From assembly GCF_009914755.1 (NCBI RefSeq), contig NC_060925.1: a DNA stretch of 64,000 nt. One strand, written 5' to 3'. The stretch's first letter is position 1. The number at the start of each line of letters is the position of its first letter. Origin of the DNA: the human T2T-CHM13v2.0 reference genome, Homo sapiens. This document shows, one piece after another, positions 27,561 through 41,545 of this stretch. The notes under the pieces were generated by a model, which saw only the letters and a program-made list of their open reading frames with translations, ran no database searches and was not told the origin of the DNA. The translations under genes and the position numbers were made by a program.

Positions 27561-28329
27561 TACTATGTGTATTGTTAAATGATCCACCTAGAATTGAGTT
27601 CCTAACGTTTATTGTTCAAATAATGCTTCTGCTAGACTCCACTAACAGTACAATGTAGATTTCCCATTTCTCAGTCATGCTACTAAATAGAAATTGACTC
27701 CTCCAAAGATAGTGACCAGCATTATTATTTCCTTCATGGCAGTGGGAGAGCTCTGAGTTATGCCTAATGATAGATTAGAGGGAATTCTTCAGAGTAGACT
27801 TTTCACAGTTAAAGAAATCCATCTGTTTACCAGGGAAGTAGGATAATTGGAATGGTGCTTTTGAAAAATTACTCATAGGCAACATTGTGTGAGATAGGTA
27901 TCAGAGTCTCAAGGCAGGGAGATCAGTAAGGATGCTGATGAATGGAATGGATGAAAAACAATAAGAATTTCAGTGAGAGTCTTGACAGCTGAGAAGCTTA
28001 GGCTTTGGCTATAAGAGAAACAAGATGCAATCACATTTGAAAGCAAAGGGATTTTTTTTCCGCTCCAGCTAGTTTAATTTGTTTAAGAAGTTAACAGAAT
28101 GTACTTTAATTCTGTTATCCGTGGGACAAACCTGATTTATTTCACATAGTGGTCATTTTCGTTGTCTTGGCATCGGAAATAGGAATGCATTGTATACAAC
28201 GCTGTCAGACTGTTAACTAAATTTTAACAAATGCACTCTGGAATTTATAGAACAAACAACTGTCATACAACCTACAGAAATTCTGTAACTTAGAAATTTA
28301 GGTCATTTGACCTAAGGCTTCACATTTAT

Positions 28330-28975
28330 TTCTTTTGTGCTTTGTAGACTTCAAAGCACTTTTGTTTGATCCAATTCGATTCTCCCAACAGTCCTATGAA
28401 ATGAGGAGTTGAGGAGTTTGTTCATCTCTATATCAACATGATGAAACGAAGGCTCAGAACAGTGAACTGACTAAAGTCATATATCTAGCAATGGTTTTCC
28501 TTTGATTCTTAAATTGATGAAAACAAGCACGAGTTCACAATTATTTAAATAACATATAGTATATGTAATGATAATCAGTCAAAGATTTTATTAGTTACTG
28601 ATGGTAACTTTACAACATTTAGAAACTATAGCACACTGAATTCAGAAAGGCCATATAATACTGAAATTATCTGTTTATTTCCTGTATCTTCCATTAGACT
28701 GTGAACTTCTTCAGGTTCGAGATTATGTTCACCTCACAAGGTGCCTGCCATAGAAGAGTGAATGTTTTTTGAAGTTTACTGGAATCATACTCTTTACCAG
28801 TCGATAGCTATATGACATTGGTTATTTAATTTCTCAGTTGTTCACTGAACCACAAAATGGCATTACATTTAGCTAAGTTACAGGATTATAATAAACCTGA
28901 ATTGAAATGATGAGATAACATATCTAGCACAATGCCTAGCACACTGTAGTCACTAACTAAATATTAACTGTAAGC
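28330..28975. mobile_element. Cluster of MIR/L2 fragments
   Basis: atgaaacgaaggctcagaa...aaagtcatat (MIR -), ttagactgtgaacttctt (L2), ctagcacaatgcctagcaca (MIR +). Confidence 0.5.
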
Positions 28976-30898
28976 TTATTTTTTAAATTTACTTTTTAAT
29001 TGAATTGTAATATAATTGAAGCAGTCATACTTAAGCCGCTTAAACAGCAATATTAAAACTTCCCACATGGAATAAAATACCTGACTTTTCACTATTTTAA
29101 AATATTTGTAGCATTTTTCAGTTTTGGCAAGATGCAGAATCGATCTTAAGGTCCCCTCAAGATCCACAATCAGCATAATTTCCTCTATGGCAGCGGGGTG
29201 CTTTAGAGTCAACTGTATAGATTATAGGGGATCCTTTAATGTGGCCAGTCCTATGCTTCATGAATCACCTTTTACCTGTGCATTATTGTAGATATTGACA
29301 TGACAGGACCTGATAAAGAGAATGTTAGTCTTTTGGAGTCTATTTATCCTAATTCACCAATTGTAGGTAGAATAGTAGCCTTTAAAAATTTGTTAACTTT
29401 ATTAGATCTTTAAAATAGGACTTACTGTTTCACTCGTAGCTTGGTTAAATAAAATCTACCTAGATTATTTCCAAGAAAAAAATGTAATTTTGAGAACATT
29501 TTAATCCATGAAGATGGTGTTCAGGAGATATAAACACAATTAATAAATTCAAATCGCTTTATTCAGCAGCTTGGCATGATGTTTCCATATTTTTTAGTAT
29601 TATTGCCACTGCACCTAATATATTAACCTTTCCACAATTTACAAAAAATTACCACAGATTATGAAGAGCCAGTGACGTAGACAGGGTACGTGTTATCTTT
29701 ATTTTATACAAGAGAAAATGAAGGCGCAAAGAATGAACTCAGAAGCAGCAACAATATTGAAATACCTCTCCCTTTATTACAGTATTAAAAATCTTAAGCC
29801 TCTTATAACAATGAAACCAAAGGGATGTCCTTCACAATATGTACCTTGAGCCCTCAAGCAGCAATTACAAATCATAATTTACCAGTGTAAGAGCACTTTC
29901 AACTACATGTTACTCCATTCCGTTATTTGTTATTGATCTTAGTTTCCATCTTACAATGGAATTTCTTTTGCACACATCACAAAATAGACTGCTGATCCTG
30001 TACCTTCTGCAGACATAAAGCCATCATCCATCTCTGTTACTCTACCACTTATTTGCAGCATGGGCAATGGCAGCATTTTAATCAGATAGGAATGTCTTCA
30101 TTAAGCAACAGTACCCCAGCTTATACCTGGTATCACCTGATGGTAAACGAAGGCCTGACTCGTCCCCTCCCTAACCCCTCCCCTCTTCCCATTGTTCTGC
30201 GATGTACGGTGTGTCCTTATATAAGTGAAATTACTTGTACGTGTTTCGGTATACAGTCAAGAAAATACTGTGTGTGTCGACAATAAATAAAACCTTATGT
30301 TATAAATCATTATGCATTGTGCAGAGCATTTTTAGGTACACAGGTAGATTATATTTATTTCAGTGTTTTTCTGAATACTTTCTAGTAAGGGTTACTTCTT
30401 TCACGAATATATGAACACTTAAAGTGTGTACATGGTTTATTGAATTGATTTGTTTTTTGAAAAAAAAATTGCAGATGGGCTCACAGGGAAAGAATCAATA
30501 AGCCTATGTAATGAACTCATAATATTTTGATTTAAATATCACTTTAAAGACTCTTCTGATTAAGGTGACTCATGAAAATGGAACTAAGTATCACCAATGA
30601 AGAGTTTAGTGCCTTTATTTGCCTAAAACATTCTCCCTTTCGTTTCCTATCCTGTCGTGAATTTAAACACTGAGGAATGGACTTATCAGCCAATTATGGG
30701 AGATTCAACACAATAATGTGCCTATAACACTTAAACTTGCCACGTCTGATTTGCATACGTGGTGATTTTCACATAGTCACCAAATTTCATATCTTGTGGG
30801 CTAACAGGGAAATGAGTACAGTGATTTTATGTACTTTTTTTAATGTTTATATTAGTTTTCAAAATGGTTTTGCTTCCTAACCCTACCATTATATGAAG

Positions 30899-30931
30899 CC
30901 TCTCACTTTGAAAGTCACAGACTGCGGACTG
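30899..30931 (+). CDS. RYR2: Candidate RYR2 33-nt microexon ASHFESHRLRT
   Basis: Consensus branch point cctaac, first downstream AG at 30897-8, near-consensus CTG|gtaagt donor, symmetric phase 1, no stop. Confidence 0.65.
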
Positions 30932-30937
30932 GTAAGT

Positions 30938-31106
30938 CCATCAGCTCTCTGTCACTGTGATCATTCATAATTTCACTTAAAGTAAACATACGATCATTGC
31001 ATCATTTTCTTTCTCAGCCGAAAGTATTTATTTCCATTCTGTAAAAAGTTCTTTTTTTTTTTTTTTTTAATATGTAAGTCCATTCATTCACTGGCTTTTT
31101 TGTCAT
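30938..31106 (+). promoter_or_regulatory. YCAY cluster (putative NOVA intronic splicing enhancer)
   Basis: 12 YCAY tetramers in ~170 nt directly downstream of the 33-nt candidate donor. Confidence 0.5.
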
Positions 31107-32118
31107 TTTGCTTTCTAAACAAATTTAGATTTTGGAGCAGCTGCTCGTAATGTGGAAGTGTTTTTTTTCCCCCCACGGACACTTTCTGTCTTGAAAATCA
31201 GCTTCATTTGTGTGGTGCTGTTCTGTGTTTGTTTCTTTCCTTGTGTTTTTGCTTTCAAAGTAACTTGTGATCAAGATACCTTTAAATTGAAATACAAGTA
31301 AACTGAGCCCTTTTCTGAGGTTTTCTCCTTGCCCCAAAAATATTTGTTAGTGTTGGATGATGCAGAGGAACTTCTGTAACTAGGGGACGCCTTTCTTTTC
31401 ACCTTTCTTTATTAGTTTTAGCTCTCACAACACGAGCCACCAAAGTCTGTCTTTTGGTTTCATATTTAGAATTAAGGTTGTTTGCCATTTCCTCCTCCTA
31501 TGGAAGTAATGCTCAAACCAGTCACATCTCTATTTTAGATTTCAGAAATCTTTCTTTTTATTCAGTAGTCAACCTGATAACAAAGTTAATTAAAACAAGT
31601 TAATCAACAATTTTCTAGTGATTTACAGCTTTCACAAAAATCCATGAATTATTCTTTAATAAAAGAAACTCTTGGCCCCGCTTTTTTGGATACACAGAAT
31701 GCTTTCCATTGAATCATTTGGTCATAATCCGGGTACAAAGCAAATTTAACACGTGTGAGAGATGCAGAAAAAGGTCCCTTCTATGTACACCTTGCCAAAT
31801 ACAAGAACATAAAGAAAGAAAAAAGCAAAGTTTAAGCCTTTAGGTCATTTGTAAAATGTTGCCAAACCCATGCTGCTACTTTTAACAGAGAAGTCTGAGT
31901 TTTAAAATTCAAACGTTCTTTTCTTACAAAGAAAAAGTGCCTCTATCTGCCAAGCGCATGATCTTATGAGCTTCAGATAGAAAAGTGGCTATGACTTGTG
32001 ACTGTTTTTGGTTCAGAACAATGCTAGATCAACATGCAAGTTGTATGGAGGTGGGGACAGAAAGGGAGCGGCAGGCTGGGGTGGCTGGTAATGTTTGATC
32101 CCTCTGGATTTCCCACAG

Positions 32119-32199
32119 GAGAAAAGGTTCTGCAGGACGATGAGTTCACCTGTGACCTCTTCCGATTCCTGCAACTACTCTGTGAGGGACACAACTCAG
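32119..32199 (+). CDS. RYR2: RYR2 exon ~85 (81 nt) [28 protein letters not shown]; contains Ca2+-site E3848
   Basis: cccacag acceptor, CAG|gtttgt donor; LQLLCEGHN motif conserved in RyR/IP3R (RIH-associated region). Confidence 0.98.
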
Positions 32200-32439
32200 G
32201 TTTGTGAGTCCCCGGAACTTCTGATGATACTAAGGCATAAATAATGTTTTCAAGCCAGTAATAACAAGAGCCTGTTAGTTCCAATTATGCATCGTTCTAG
32301 AGACAACAAATCATTCTAGAGCATGACTCTGCATTGGGAACTGGGACGTTTTATATATTGCTTCCCTGCTTTCACAGTCCTCGGATATCCATTTCACTTG
32401 AGTCTTATCAATAGTTTTGATGTTAGGGAAGACACATGA

Positions 32440-32740
<301 letters not shown>

Positions 32741-33324
32741 GACAGAGGATTTATGAAAAACATATAAATAGTTATAGAGTAATATAGAGTATCATTTCTT
32801 TTGCACCACTTCTCTTTACCTTGAGCGTATACATACTTCATTGTACTAGTTAACATAATGTATCTCCATTACTTGTTTACACATCTAACTCTCTACTAGG
32901 CTTGTGCACCCCTGAAGGCAGGAACTCCATCTTAATTTTATCTTGGCTGACCCCAGCACTTTGCACAGTACTGAGGAACAAGTGATTAATGAATAAATAA
33001 TTTCCTTCTTATATCCTCAAGGATAGCAACCTTTTTTAGTCATTCGTTTGCCCAGAGCTCTAGAACTAGGAATGAAGAAACTGATATTAGCAATATCTGA
33101 GACAAAAATTGAATATTGATCATCAATGGAGCACCCAGATACACTTTTGGGGTGATCACTTTTTATGGAAAATATAAATTATTTTCATAGTAAAACTATT
33201 AGATAAAAACACTGCACTAACCCACAATGATTTTGCCATAGAAAGCATTTGCCTTTGGAGTTCTTAGAATGACTCAACTTGAACTTCTGAGCAAGCATTA
33301 ATAACATTTTTTTATCTTGCATAG

Positions 33325-33413
33325 ATTTTCAGAATTATCTGAGAACTCAGACTGGCAATAATACAACTGTCAACATAATTATCTCCACTGTAGACTACCT
33401 ACTGAGAGTTCAG
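33325..33413 (+). CDS. RYR2: RYR2 exon ~86 (89 nt) [30 protein letters not shown]
   Basis: gcatag acceptor, CAG|gtatgt donor. Confidence 0.98.
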
Positions 33414-34832
33414 GTATGTTGCTTTCCATATTAGTAACAAATTAAAAGGGTTGGTATGTTGAAACAATACGGCAGAGTTTTAATGTGTTTTGGTTTATAA
33501 CTAGAAAGGAGTTTTTGAGATAGTTTATCTCTGATCACAATCTCTCAGCAATTCTTAGAGCAAAACAGCCACTGTTATCTCTGCTTCTGAACGTGCCTCC
33601 TACTTTTGCTCATTATTTTATTTCTGTAAGTAGAGATTTTTCGCCTGTTTTTTTAGCTTGATGGTATTTTAAAGTCATTTTCATTTTGTAAAGCACTTTT
33701 ATACTCTGCTCCTTCTTCTACAGTTGTTAGACAAATTGGGGAAGAATATTTGGAACATTTGTAGGAATAGGAAAGAAAGGCTTTGCAACTACTACCATAC
33801 ACTTAAATTTGATAGTCTAAGGTCAGTTCTTTTCAGCTGTCCTAATATTTGCATTAATTTTCACACCACATTGCTTAAAAATCTCTGATATTGTAATCAT
33901 ATTTGAGAACGTTAATCAAACTGAATTGAAGACGTAGGCCTCTTAAATAATGAGAGCCCTGTACAACTTTTTTCCCCTCATTTTATTTATAAGCTAAACC
34001 AGGCACAGTATTTTTAAAACTATAAATGCAGACTTTCAGCTTTTTCCTTAATCTTTGAGTGTGTAAAATCACAACTTTTTTTTTTTCTAACTGAAAGCTT
34101 AATGTGGTGGGGGAAGGTGCATTTTGAAGTCAGTACACCAAGAAGTGTTGCTGAAAACACATTTGTCATTTTAAAAATTGTCTGAAAACCCAAATGTAGT
34201 TCACAGCTCAACTAAATTGGATTATTTACTTATCCAACCAAAATATCTTTAAAATGTATGTTATTGTTAAATACATCTGGTTTATAGAGATTGATCTTAT
34301 TTAGATATTTGTTTACAATTGTTAGTATTTACAAATTTACAAGCAATCCAACCAGTTTCCTCAGGGACAGACACAAAAGCCATGGATATCAGCGAGTTCT
34401 CACTGATGCAATGTTATTAGTTTTGTTGGAGAAAATGGAGGCCAGATGTCGGTACCCCAAAAAAGATTGTTCCATGATTCATCTATTTTCTGTGCTCACA
34501 TAGTAAACATCTAATTTTGCTCATGCATAAATATGCTCCAGTCTTAATGAATTCTTATGTTTGTGAAGTTCAAGGTTATCAGACAGTAATTTTTAAAGCT
34601 AAGTTTTCTTCTTCTTGTCTTCTCTTCAGTTGTTAGCTATATCTAAGAAGGAGGTTCACATATTGTATGTTTAGGAAATTCATTGAAGAATGATATTTAC
34701 TTCACAGATATTTTTGTTTGCTACCATATCTATTATTTAAAATACTTCTCAGGCATAAAGTCCAAGACTGGTTAGTCAATGGTAACTTTAGAATGTGACT
34801 TGATAATAAATAATATCATCTCTATTTCCCAG

Positions 34833-34961
34833 GAATCAATTAGTGACTTTTATTGGTATTACTCTGGGAAAGATGTTATTGATGAACAAGGACAACGGAA
34901 TTTCTCCAAAGCTATCCAAGTGGCAAAACAAGTCTTTAACACTCTTACAGAGTATATTCAG
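34833..34961 (+). CDS. RYR2: RYR2 exon ~87 (129 nt) [14 protein letters not shown]...[10 protein letters not shown]; contains Ca2+-site E3922
   Basis: ttcccag acceptor, CAG|gtaaac donor; also visible in ORF 34779..34973. Confidence 0.98.
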
Positions 34962-36484
34962 GTAAACATTTAAACATGGCTGCTATCTGTAGCACTGAAC
35001 TCCATAGAAAAATGCAGTATATCTAGAGTAGTTTCCATATCTCCTATTGACCCCTTTCTGAGTTTCTTTGCAAATTGCTACAATTAAAATATTAGGTTGA
35101 GATGTGAATTTATATGGAATGAAATTGCTTCACCATTTGGCAGGTTGAGATATGATTAACTCCTTAGAGGCATGGGCTGTGATGTTAGCTCTATTGTACC
35201 TCCAGGGCCTGGTATATGTATTAAGCACTTAGTAAATATTAAGGAAGGAAGGGCGAGCAGGCACAACATTTAACCATTCTTTCTGGTATTCCACTAAAAG
35301 TGGGAAGAAGTTTCATAGAAACTTAAGAAAGAGAAGAGTGTTTGAAAACATCGCATATGTATATTATAGATAAAATTCCAAATAGCGTATAGAATATTCT
35401 TTTCTTTTTTACATCGATTTGTTTTATATTCTCCTTGGACTAAGCTTCTAGCCTTAACTTCAGATTTTTTAAAGATTTTATAAAATTCTGGGTTTTTCTG
35501 CAATCACCAAAACTTTGCTTGATGACCAGTCATCTTTCCTTTCTGTCTTGTCTCAGTGGACATGTTACCCTGAATCATTCACTATGTTTGACGTGCCCCA
35601 TGCTAAGGATAAAACAGGAGGGAGAAACTTATAATTGGCTTTGTGAGACTAAACATAAGCTTGTGGGGAGAAGAAAGGTTAAGTTAAAAATAAATTGTAT
35701 CCCAGGAGCGTAACAGTTACAGCTGTTTGAGTAAATAAATGACTCATGGCCAAGTACAGCCAACCAAGAGTAAGTGCTGTAGAGGTAGGAAGACCTCCTC
35801 CAGGCTCACTCGCCTCTGCATTCAGTCCCTTGGAAGCATGGCACTTTTTCTATTTTTTGCCTTGGTGGGGAAGAGGAACCTTATTTCAGCATTTCCAGAT
35901 GGAAACGTCACACTTGATAATTCTAATAACATTTCCTTTAAAATCAAATAAAAGTGAAAGCTTAAGTCAGTTTTGGTCTACTCACAGTCCCATTTCCTTA
36001 CCTCTCCTGGCTTCCATTATTGCCTTAGTATTCTCATGCATGCCTAGAATGATACCAGTACAACAACATTCATGTGTCATGTCCTGAATAAATAACAGGA
36101 TTGACTGATGACATTAGCAAGCCACTGGATTTTCCAGAAATGGGAATCAGGATGATTTCTATAATATATTCCAAATGAAACATAACCGCCATTTCAGCTA
36201 AGAGTAGGCATTTCTTGGTTCCTAAAATAATTGAGATTCCTGAATGTATCGAAATCTAGAAGCATCCATTGAGCTCTTACTATATGCAAAACTCTAGGGT
36301 GTTGTCATAGAACACAGATTTCTATGTGAATGTTTAAAGGATATTGGATAAAGTCACATGGCTTATTGTGCTTGGTTCAATAAGAACCAAAAAAAAAAAA
36401 AAAAAAAACAGAAGTAACAAGTAACTTCTCTTATTACTTATTTTTTATATGACATTTTAAAATAACAATCGTATCTGAAATATG

Positions 36485-36738
36485 TATTTTGGAATAATTT
36501 TAGTATTCAGAAAAGTTGTAAAGATAGCACAGAGGGTTTCTGTATATGATTCACCCAGCTTTCCCCAATGCTGACATTTTATATACTCATGGCACATTTG
36601 TCAAAACTAAGAAATTAACATCGGCACATCCTGTTAACTAAATTACAGGCTTTATTTTGATTTTACTAGTTTTTCCATTCACGTTATTTGTTTTTTAAAA
36701 TTCTGGGATACAATCCAAGTTACCACATTACATCTAGT
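36485..36738 (-). mobile_element. LINE-1 (L1MC-like) 3' fragment
   Basis: ggaataattttag...cagaaaagttgtaaagatagcacagag...tcacccagctttccccaatg...aaaactaagaaattaacat. Confidence 0.65.
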
Positions 36739-37951
36739 GAAATATATTTTAGAGAAGCTTGCCTTAGTGGTATATCTGCTGATAAATATTGATACTATGA
36801 AGATAAGCTTATCATTAGCTTCGTGCTGCTTCTGGACTGCCTTTTAGATTACAGCATTGCGTATTGCTTTATTATTCAAACTTCTACTAACTATAGAAAG
36901 TTATATAAGGGGGAGATCCAACACCATTGAAATAAATGGAATTACCTATAAGATTGTAATCCCAATTTAATAAAAGGGGAAGAATTGTTTGAGTAAGAGG
37001 ACGTTGTATTGTCAAGGTTCCTACAGTAAGACCATGAGGTAGTTGTTGAGAAAAGAGAAAGTTTGATCTGTCCTTGGCACAGGTCCTTCTGGTAGTTAGC
37101 AAGGGTTTTCCATGTTGCAGGTACATACATCATGAGAAAAAGAAAGCAAGGCACCAGACTAGGGAGTTTACAGCTCCCAGAAGCTGAGGACCTAAGGTTG
37201 AGCAAGCCCTGCAAAGGACATTCTGTGTGTTTCAGGTTTTAAAAGAAAAAATGGGTACTTTGGCTTTGGGCTTGCAACTCTGTCACATGAGGGTTGGCCA
37301 AACAACTTTTGGTCACCTAGGGGTTGCAGGAGAGCACAACCCCTTGTAATGCTTCAACTTTTGATTTAAACCTTAACTATCACGGGAAGAAAATTATTTC
37401 TGACTTGAAGAAAAAACAAGTTTATTTTCCTAAAAATGGCTATCTAGTGTTCACCTCTTGCACTTTTCCTCCTCCCTAATTTATATGCCATTGGAATACC
37501 AAGCTGACACTGAACATCGACCACAGGAAAATCCTAAAGATCTATTGCTTTCAAACCAGAGCTGTAATAGCCAGTTGGGACTAATTATAACCAGGGATGA
37601 AGGAAACTATAAAGCTACTATATCTGGTACATTAAATGAGCTGGATTTAATGACCTACAGATTAAAATAACCTGATTCCTTCTCACCACTGTCCCTTCAG
37701 ACTTGCTTTGTCGACCATTTCTTTACCACTAGAAGGAATCTTGTGCACTGGCCACTTTCAGATAAATAAAATCATGTCAGTCACTTTGTCACAAGAATAA
37801 TCTCATTTCAGTAAAACTTCCGCTTACCCTTGGGCCTGATTTTCAGCTGGAAAACCTAGAGTGAGGGTGCAGGCAAGAACTCCCATCTGGATGTTGTTCA
37901 TTCTGGAAGGAGTCCAATCTAGGCTTTTTTTACTCTCCCCCCTGAAGGTTC

Positions 37952-37973
37952 TTCTCTCTCTCTCTCTCTCTCT
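37952..37973. repeat. (CT)n microsatellite
   Basis: About 10 CT units. Confidence 0.9.
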
Positions 37974-39042
37974 TTCCCTTTCCCCTCCTGATTAACCCCA
38001 GGCTTCCTCTGGGTTGTTGCTGTGGGAGAGAGGAGGTATGGGGAAGGAAAGGTCTCTTCCGGGGCACATGTAATCCCAGAGTGCACCACGGAGCTGGCCC
38101 TCTGGTGTGGTGTGTTGTATTTTTTTATCTAACGTGCGAGCCTGGCCCTCTTAGTCCTCCAGTGCCTGGAAATGACTCTTTTCCCATCCAGTTTAAAGTT
38201 ATTCAATCAGACCTCAAGCATCTGGTGGCCCCCATCCACCTTGGAATTATGTTACCATTTCAGACTGATTTCAGATGGGGCAGAATGGCCCCTTCCTGAG
38301 TAGTCCATATAAGAAACACATCTTTCTTGTCATATGCTGTCTGTCACACTTTCTAATACCAGACCTTATGCTACCCAACTTCAGAAGACAGAAACTGAGC
38401 TCACATGATGGTTCTCCTGAAGCCTCTTCTCTCACTTGGTGTAAGGGGATGCAGAAGTAACGAAATGGAGAGGCTCAGCACACGGAGAACCCCCTCCAAA
38501 GTTTCCCCCTTTTCAATTTCAACCCCTTTGTATCCTTAGAGTGGAAATATCTATTTTTAGTCACCCCTTTTGCAGGTAGTGAGTCTACTGCTTTTGTAGA
38601 CAGTCAGTCGTTCTCATAGTCATCTGAGAATACATAGTCAGTATCTCAGCTGTAGGGCCTCAAGAGATGCTGAGACAGGAAAAAGTTCTATTTCAACATC
38701 TTGGATCTGGCCATCTCTTCCAATCACTTGTTTCTAGCATAAGATCTGAAATGTTTTTATGTGGCCTGCAATTTAAAGGTATTATAAGTTATTTGCCTAA
38801 AGGAATGAAGGAATTTGAAGTTAAGAACGGTATTTTATGTACTTTTTTCCTTTCTAAGTAAAATCCCTGTTATTTATTTTCATGGTTGATGTAGATGGGT
38901 TTACAAAACTGAATGATGGTAGAATTTTTTCATTGGAAAGTGAAAACAGAAATTGGCTCCATGAAAACAGTCTGCGTGCTACAGCGGATCCACCCTAGTA
39001 TTGATACTTCAGAAGTGTCAGCTAAGAGAACAAAGTTAGGTT

Positions 39043-39399
39043 TGTTAAAAGATAAACTTAGGCACAATAACATCTTAACAAGTTTATCTGAGCATTCAAC
39101 TATTTATGAATGGAGCAATACCAGAACACTAATGGTTCAGCACTTCACCAAAGGTGGGGGCACTTTTATAAGGCGTTCCTGGAAGCAAGACAAGAAATTT
39201 GATTGGTAAAAGTGCAAAGTCCCTAGTTAGAGGTTAGTTGGCAGTTTCTGACTGGTGAACTCTCTAGTTAGAAGTTAGCTGGCAGTTTCTGATTGGTTAA
39301 GCTTAAATTTACATTGAGTTGGGATTTGGTTTTCTTAGGGAGGAACGCAAGACACTGGAGCCATCTCAGCCTAATGACTCCCAATTAGTTATTTTAACC
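39043..39399 (-). mobile_element. ERV1 solo LTR (MER93-like)
   Basis: Bounded by tgttaaaa...ttttaac; reverse strand starts gttaaaataactaattgggagtcattaggctgagatggctccag; internal ttagttggcagtttctga repeat. Confidence 0.7.
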
Positions 39400-39946
39400 A
39401 CTTCCAATTGCCTTGGATTCTGGATTCGTGAAATTAATAAGCAAGTATTACTCTTTTAAAACACGTCATTGGTTGTACCATTTGTAAAATAGTTGTTCAA
39501 TTAAGAAAACGTTGAAGAGGATTTTTTTTCTCTATATGAATGCTTTATCCAGGTTACTATTTAGGAGTAAGAGGTAATCACCTCTCATCTAAAGCATATT
39601 CTCAGATTCTTTTGAATACAAAATAGTGACTATTGATTGATTTGACTAAATAGCCAAAGCACCCAGACCTTATTTTTTTTCCTCTAAATAGAGGAGATCA
39701 AAGCCAGACCAAAAAAAAAAAAATGATTCACAGAATATAAAAATCCTTGAGAAACTTTTTTTGGAATATATTAAATGTTTTAAAGAGGAACGTATTTCTC
39801 TCTTAAGGATCATTATCATCACTGTATCTCCTTCTTTCACTTTGAGTTCCTATCTTTTCAGATAACGTGCTAGCAGTGAAATATATCAGCACTAAGTCAA
39901 CTTTTCCCCTGTTATTGTACAGTTTGTTTTGGCAAATAAATTATGA

Positions 39947-40090
<144 letters not shown>

Positions 40091-41046
40091 TAACTAACTG
40101 CCTTCCTCTCTCTTAAATGACAAACTGGAGACTGTAATCATCAGCAAATTAAACATGCTTTTTGATGTTAGAATATTATCTTTTTAAAATCACTTTATCA
40201 CTTGTCTTTTTAAGATCATTTTATCATGCCTCTTTTGCTCATTAAAATTTTTTAAAAATAAAAACCGTTATGTAACCTGAGAATAGACAGGAGTCATTAT
40301 TCAAATTTGAGACAATGGATATTAAGAAATTGAATGTAATGGACAAATGAAACAGTCGAGTCCCCAAACATTGTACATTTCACAAGCTTCATCTTCCTGG
40401 CCATTGCTCACTGGAATTTTCCTTCCCCTTACAGATAATTGAAATAGGTTTTATAATCTGTTACAAGGGAGACAATTTTGTTACAGGGTCTTAAACAAGC
40501 AGATGTTCTCAGTAGGGCGATGCTTACCCCTAACCAGTGTATTTAATTTTGTGACAGAGAAAAAGTAGCTATTATATGGATAAGCAAATGAAGAATAAAC
40601 AGATTTTCTACCATGTTTAATGTTAACTTGAGGGCTATTGAAAAATATCAGCTTGTTTGCTCACTGCTGTATTTGTTTCATTTGAAACAAAAAGATACAC
40701 AAACAGAAAAGTTCTTGTGAATGTGTCTCTTCAATGCAGTGAATTTTGATGGTATAATCTGAGACCTTCAGAGTGTGAGTATTTGCCAGGCGGTCAGGTA
40801 GAAGAATGTCAGATTAAAAGACAGAATGCTGTCATTCTAATTCCTGAGCTGCCATGACTTGTTCCACCCGTGTGGGCCAGGTCTCTCTTCCCTGAGGCCT
40901 TGTTTCTCTGCAGTAAAGTGAAGAACCTATCCCTCAGGCCTGCAAATGACAATATGCAGGATATATTGTCAAAGATCAGCAGGGCTGGATGCTAGTAAAA
41001 GTGGTAAGGATACATCTTAATGTCAAAGATAAACAAAGCTGGATAC

Positions 41047-41545
41047 TAGTTAAGCGAATAAGGACAGATTTTAATCAGTAGTGCTATTGCAACAAGGAAA
41101 AAGAGTTCAGCATGAACTGAACCTGATTTGATTTGTACAGAGGTGACTGGGAATATTAATGGGAGAATGAAGATTAGAGAAGGGGCGAGCAGGAGCTCAG
41201 TAGAGTCAGAGGAGTGAAAAGTTACAAAAGGTTCATTGGTGTAAATGTGATTAGACCAGCTATGTCTGCTAACTGGCAATTGTCAAAGTTAGTTAGTTAG
41301 GATTCTGTCCTCCAGAGTCCTTATCCTTAGATGTTGTCTGGAACTGTTGATTTTTTTATCAGCCTGGAGTTTTCCCAGGCAGGTACTTTAGTGGAGGGCT
41401 GGGATCATCCTTGACATGCAGTCTTGAACAGTTAGAAACTATATTTATTAGTGTTTGTTCAAGTCTTTATAGACCAAAGTTGAGGCCAAGTTGAGAAGAG
41501 GGCTCAGAGGTACCTGACTAGAGTTTGGTCAAGGAGAGAATGTCA
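41047..41545 (-). mobile_element. ERV1 solo LTR (MER31/MER67 family)
   Basis: Reverse strand starts tgacattctctccttgaccaaactctagtcaggtacctctgagccctcttctcaac. Confidence 0.7.

Noticed and set aside
31018-31023. 6-nt microexon CCGAAA after ttttctttctcag
   Set aside because: Donor AAA|gtattt is weak and inclusion would change the conserved Gly; better explained as part of the regulatory tract downstream of the 33-nt candidate.
31129-31146. 18-nt in-frame unit ATTTTGGAGCAGCTGCTC (DFGAAA-R)
   Set aside because: Donor CTC|gtaatg lacks exonic consensus and the acceptor tract is interrupted; not supportable without RNA data.
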